NCBI GenBank assembly: GCA_049423385.1
Contig: JBMSQQ010000069.1
Span: 1-17,793 of the forward strand
Direction of reading: 5' to 3'
DNA length: 17,793 nucleotides
Source of the DNA: Silvanigrellaceae bacterium
Lineage (GTDB): Bacteria; Bdellovibrionota_B; Oligoflexia; Silvanigrellales; Silvanigrellaceae
Part shown: positions 16,186-17,793 of the stretch, piece by piece
How the letters are laid out: the number at the start of each line of letters is the position of its first letter
Position numbering within the stretch: position 1 is the stretch's first letter
Notes under the pieces: model-generated
What the model was told of the DNA's origin: nothing
The model's input: the letters and a program-made list of their open reading frames with translations, nothing else
Databases searched by the model: none
Program-made: the position numbers and the translations under genes

Positions 16186-17213
16186 TCTTCGCGCAAGCCC
16201 CTCACAAAATAACTGCACTCCTGTTTTCCGTCGTTCTGGCACAGCTGATACGGACCACCCAACTCATTCGGGATGTCCTTTCCGGCGAATCCGCGCACCA
16301 ACTCATAGCGAGCAGGCTCCGATAGAGTTTGGGTCTGTCCGGTCATGTATTCCACAACCAATTTCTTTCTTGATGTTTGCGCTTTTTCGGATTTTGCTGA
16401 CTTTTCAGACTTTTGAGACTCAAGCGCCAAGACTTTCGAGACTGGACAATACAACAGCTCTCCCATGTTGGCCCGCGGAGGCTCCTTCTTCCTTCGCCCT
16501 CGCGGATAGTTCAATTTTCCAGTTTTCTTGTCGCTGCAAAGAGAGCCAACCTTGTTGCCATTCAAGGTCTGGCCATTGACCTCAAGATTGAGGTCGGGCT
16601 TGCCAATAAAAATTGCAGATACCCACCATGCCCACCATGATTGTTCCGAGAGATATGAAGCCTTCGAATGGTTGAGAAATGCTAAAAAAGGAGCTCCCTT
16701 CCGCCAGTTGAGTCTCTGCCCCTTTTCAAATCCAACAATGACTGCCTGTGCCTTGATCACGTCTTCGAACGGGAGAGAAACAGAATAGCTGTCGCGGCCA
16801 ACGAAGGTGATCGTCTCGGCATTGAGAGACCCGAACTGTTCTTCTTTGATGCCTGAATGGAGGAGAAGATCACGAACCGTGATTCCAAAGAATTCAGACT
16901 CAACGTGTTGAGGATTGACCACGTCGTGGGGATGGTTCATGCGAAAAGACTTTTTTTGCAACAATTCATATGGTTTTTCGAGGTCAGTCTGTCGAGACAA
17001 TGCTCTTGTATTCACAGAAATCCAGATTCGGGTGACGTCCCTGGTTTCCGATGAACTGGCGTTCAGATTCTGCTGAAAGCCAAGCAGACACGCCAAAGCG
17101 ATGAACAAACGGAAAGAAGATCCCAGCCTCATGCAGGAGCAATGGATTTCTGAATTTTCACGCGATATCAAAACACCTGGAACGTCATTCAACTTTTCAT
17201 CTTTTGCCTGCAT
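16182..17213 (-). CDS. Exported protein with degenerate molybdopterin-oxidoreductase (SUOX/MsrP-like, PruR-like) domain(s); alternative start at 17132
   Basis: Hydrophobic segment FRLFIALACLLGF followed by QQNLNA. Then the pattern EFFGITVRDLLLHSG, ITFVGRDSYSVSLPFEDV, IVGFEKGQRLNWRKGAPF, WWAWWVSAIFI. A weaker second copy near the C-terminus: GKDIPNELGGPYQL, YFVRGL. GGAAGAG lies upstream of ATG 17213. Confidence 0.7.
   Translation of the reverse strand: MQAKDEKLNDVPGVLISRENSEIHCSCMRLGSSFRLFIALACLLGFQQNLNASSSETRDVTRIWISVNTRALSRQTDLEKPYELLQKKSFRMNHPHDVVNPQHVESEFFGITVRDLLLHSGIKEEQFGSLNAETITFVGRDSYSVSLPFEDVIKAQAVIVGFEKGQRLNWRKGAPFLAFLNHSKASYLSEQSWWAWWVSAIFIGKPDLNLEVNGQTLNGNKVGSLCSDKKTGKLNYPRGRRKKEPPRANMGELLYCPVSKVLALESQKSEKSAKSEKAQTSRKKLVVEYMTGQTQTLSEPARYELVRGFAGKDIPNELGGPYQLCQNDGKQECSYFVRGLREE
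16380..16415 (-). repeat. Imperfect 9-bp tandem repeat, four copies, encoding QKS-EKS-AKS-EKA
   Basis: Minus strand reads CAAAAGTCT GAAAAGTCA GCAAAATCC GAAAAAGCG. Confidence 0.6.
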
Positions 17214-17252
17214 TACATGCTCTTCCCAAAAAAAACCGACTGGGAGTCCCTG

Positions 17253-17282
17253 AATTTAGAAGCACTATCTCACAATTGCCAA
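17253..17282 (-). promoter_or_regulatory. Candidate sigma70-type promoter for the PruR-like/kinase pair
   Basis: Minus strand TTGGCA-N18-TAAATT, about 40 bp upstream of ATG 17213, in an AT-rich divergent intergenic region. Motif match only. Confidence 0.25.
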
Positions 17283-17513
17283 ATATTCTGAACCTCAGAA
17301 AAATTAATCCGGCCAGTGAAGATGTAAAAACCAAAAAAGGCAATCATTGAATAGCCTTTAAAATCCTCTTCTGGCTCCCAACGGAGACTAAAAATATGCT
17401 GCGAATTGATAGGATCTCGCGCATGCAAAGCAGATATCCCAGACTGAAATCGACGCGGATTGCCACAAAATCAGTCTTCCTCGCCATGCTGTCAAAAAGA
17501 ATGGCATCACAGT

Positions 17514-17542
17514 TCTACATCCACGAAAACTTCACATATTAT
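17514..17542 (+). promoter_or_regulatory. Candidate sigma70-type promoter for the divergent lipoprotein gene
   Basis: TCTACA-N17-TATTAT, about 30 bp upstream of ATG 17574. Motif match only. Confidence 0.3.
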
Positions 17543-17573
17543 TCGATTTCACAATCGAGAAAGGTGCTTTTGC

Positions 17574-17793
17574 ATGAGAAAAAAGGTTCTTAATTCGGGG
17601 CTCAGCATGTCTCCCATTCTTTTGGTCGCCTCTCTGGGCTTCATCCACAATGCCTGCCGCGCCAAAATCGAGAAGTCCGAGGGAGAAACAGCAACGGGAG
17701 AAAAGCTTGATCCTGCCCTTCCGAAAGATGCCCGCTTTCTGGAGCTGTTCTCCAACATTCCGATTGTCGATTTCGCGCAGGAGCCGAAGTACA
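17574..17793 (+). CDS. Probable lipoprotein, 3'-partial (not in the ORF track)
   Basis: AAAGGTG precedes ATG 17574. Translation is open to the window end: MRKKVLNSGLSMSPILLVASLGFIHNACRAKIEKSEGETATGEKLDPALPKDARFLELFSNIPIVDFAQEPKY. It has a basic n-region, a hydrophobic h-region, a lipobox-like NA|C and a polar linker. Confidence 0.72.
   Translation, partial: MRKKVLNSGLSMSPILLVASLGFIHNACRAKIEKSEGETATGEKLDPALPKDARFLELFSNIPIVDFAQEPKY

Noticed and set aside
16182..17213. Calling this a catalytic molybdoenzyme (MsrP/sulfite oxidase)
   Set aside because: There is no twin-arginine motif, no Cys at the expected Mo-ligand position and no adjacent heme-membrane partner gene.
17502..17516. Possible sigma54 promoter TGGCATCACAGTTCT
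   Set aside because: The -24 element matches, but the conserved -12 GC is replaced by CT.
17396..17758. ORFs 17396..17593 (+) and 17549..17758 (-)
   Set aside because: Both are short and featureless, and they conflict with the better-supported lipoprotein frame starting at 17574.

Overview
Bacterial DNA carrying most of a Wzx/Wzy-type surface or exopolysaccharide locus with a signalling module upstream. The histidine kinase H-box style (AHDVRKPF) is reminiscent of Oligoflexia/Bdellovibrionota; this taxonomy is inference only. On the + strand, a 5'-truncated O-antigen ligase/polymerase-family gene is split by a frameshift in a T9 tract and is followed by a GT4 glycosyltransferase. Converging on these is a minus-strand series: a secreted PruR/SUOX-fold-like protein coupled to a hybrid histidine kinase with two receiver domains; a secreted protein with internal repeats; then six overlapping genes. 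Those six are a GT2, an LbH acyltransferase, a GT4 fused through an internal signal-peptide-like segment to a GH123/DUF4091-like domain, a GT2 fused to a Wzx flippase, a CE4 polysaccharide deacetylase, and an ATP-grasp ligase fused to a low-molecular-weight tyrosine phosphatase. A divergent probable lipoprotein gene, absent from the ORF track, starts at 17574. The best leads are the three domain fusions, a possible pterin-type sensor and kinase controlling the locus, and the slippage-prone polymerase gene. No RNA genes, mobile elements or CRISPR arrays were recognised. All family calls come from motif recognition by eye, not database searches.
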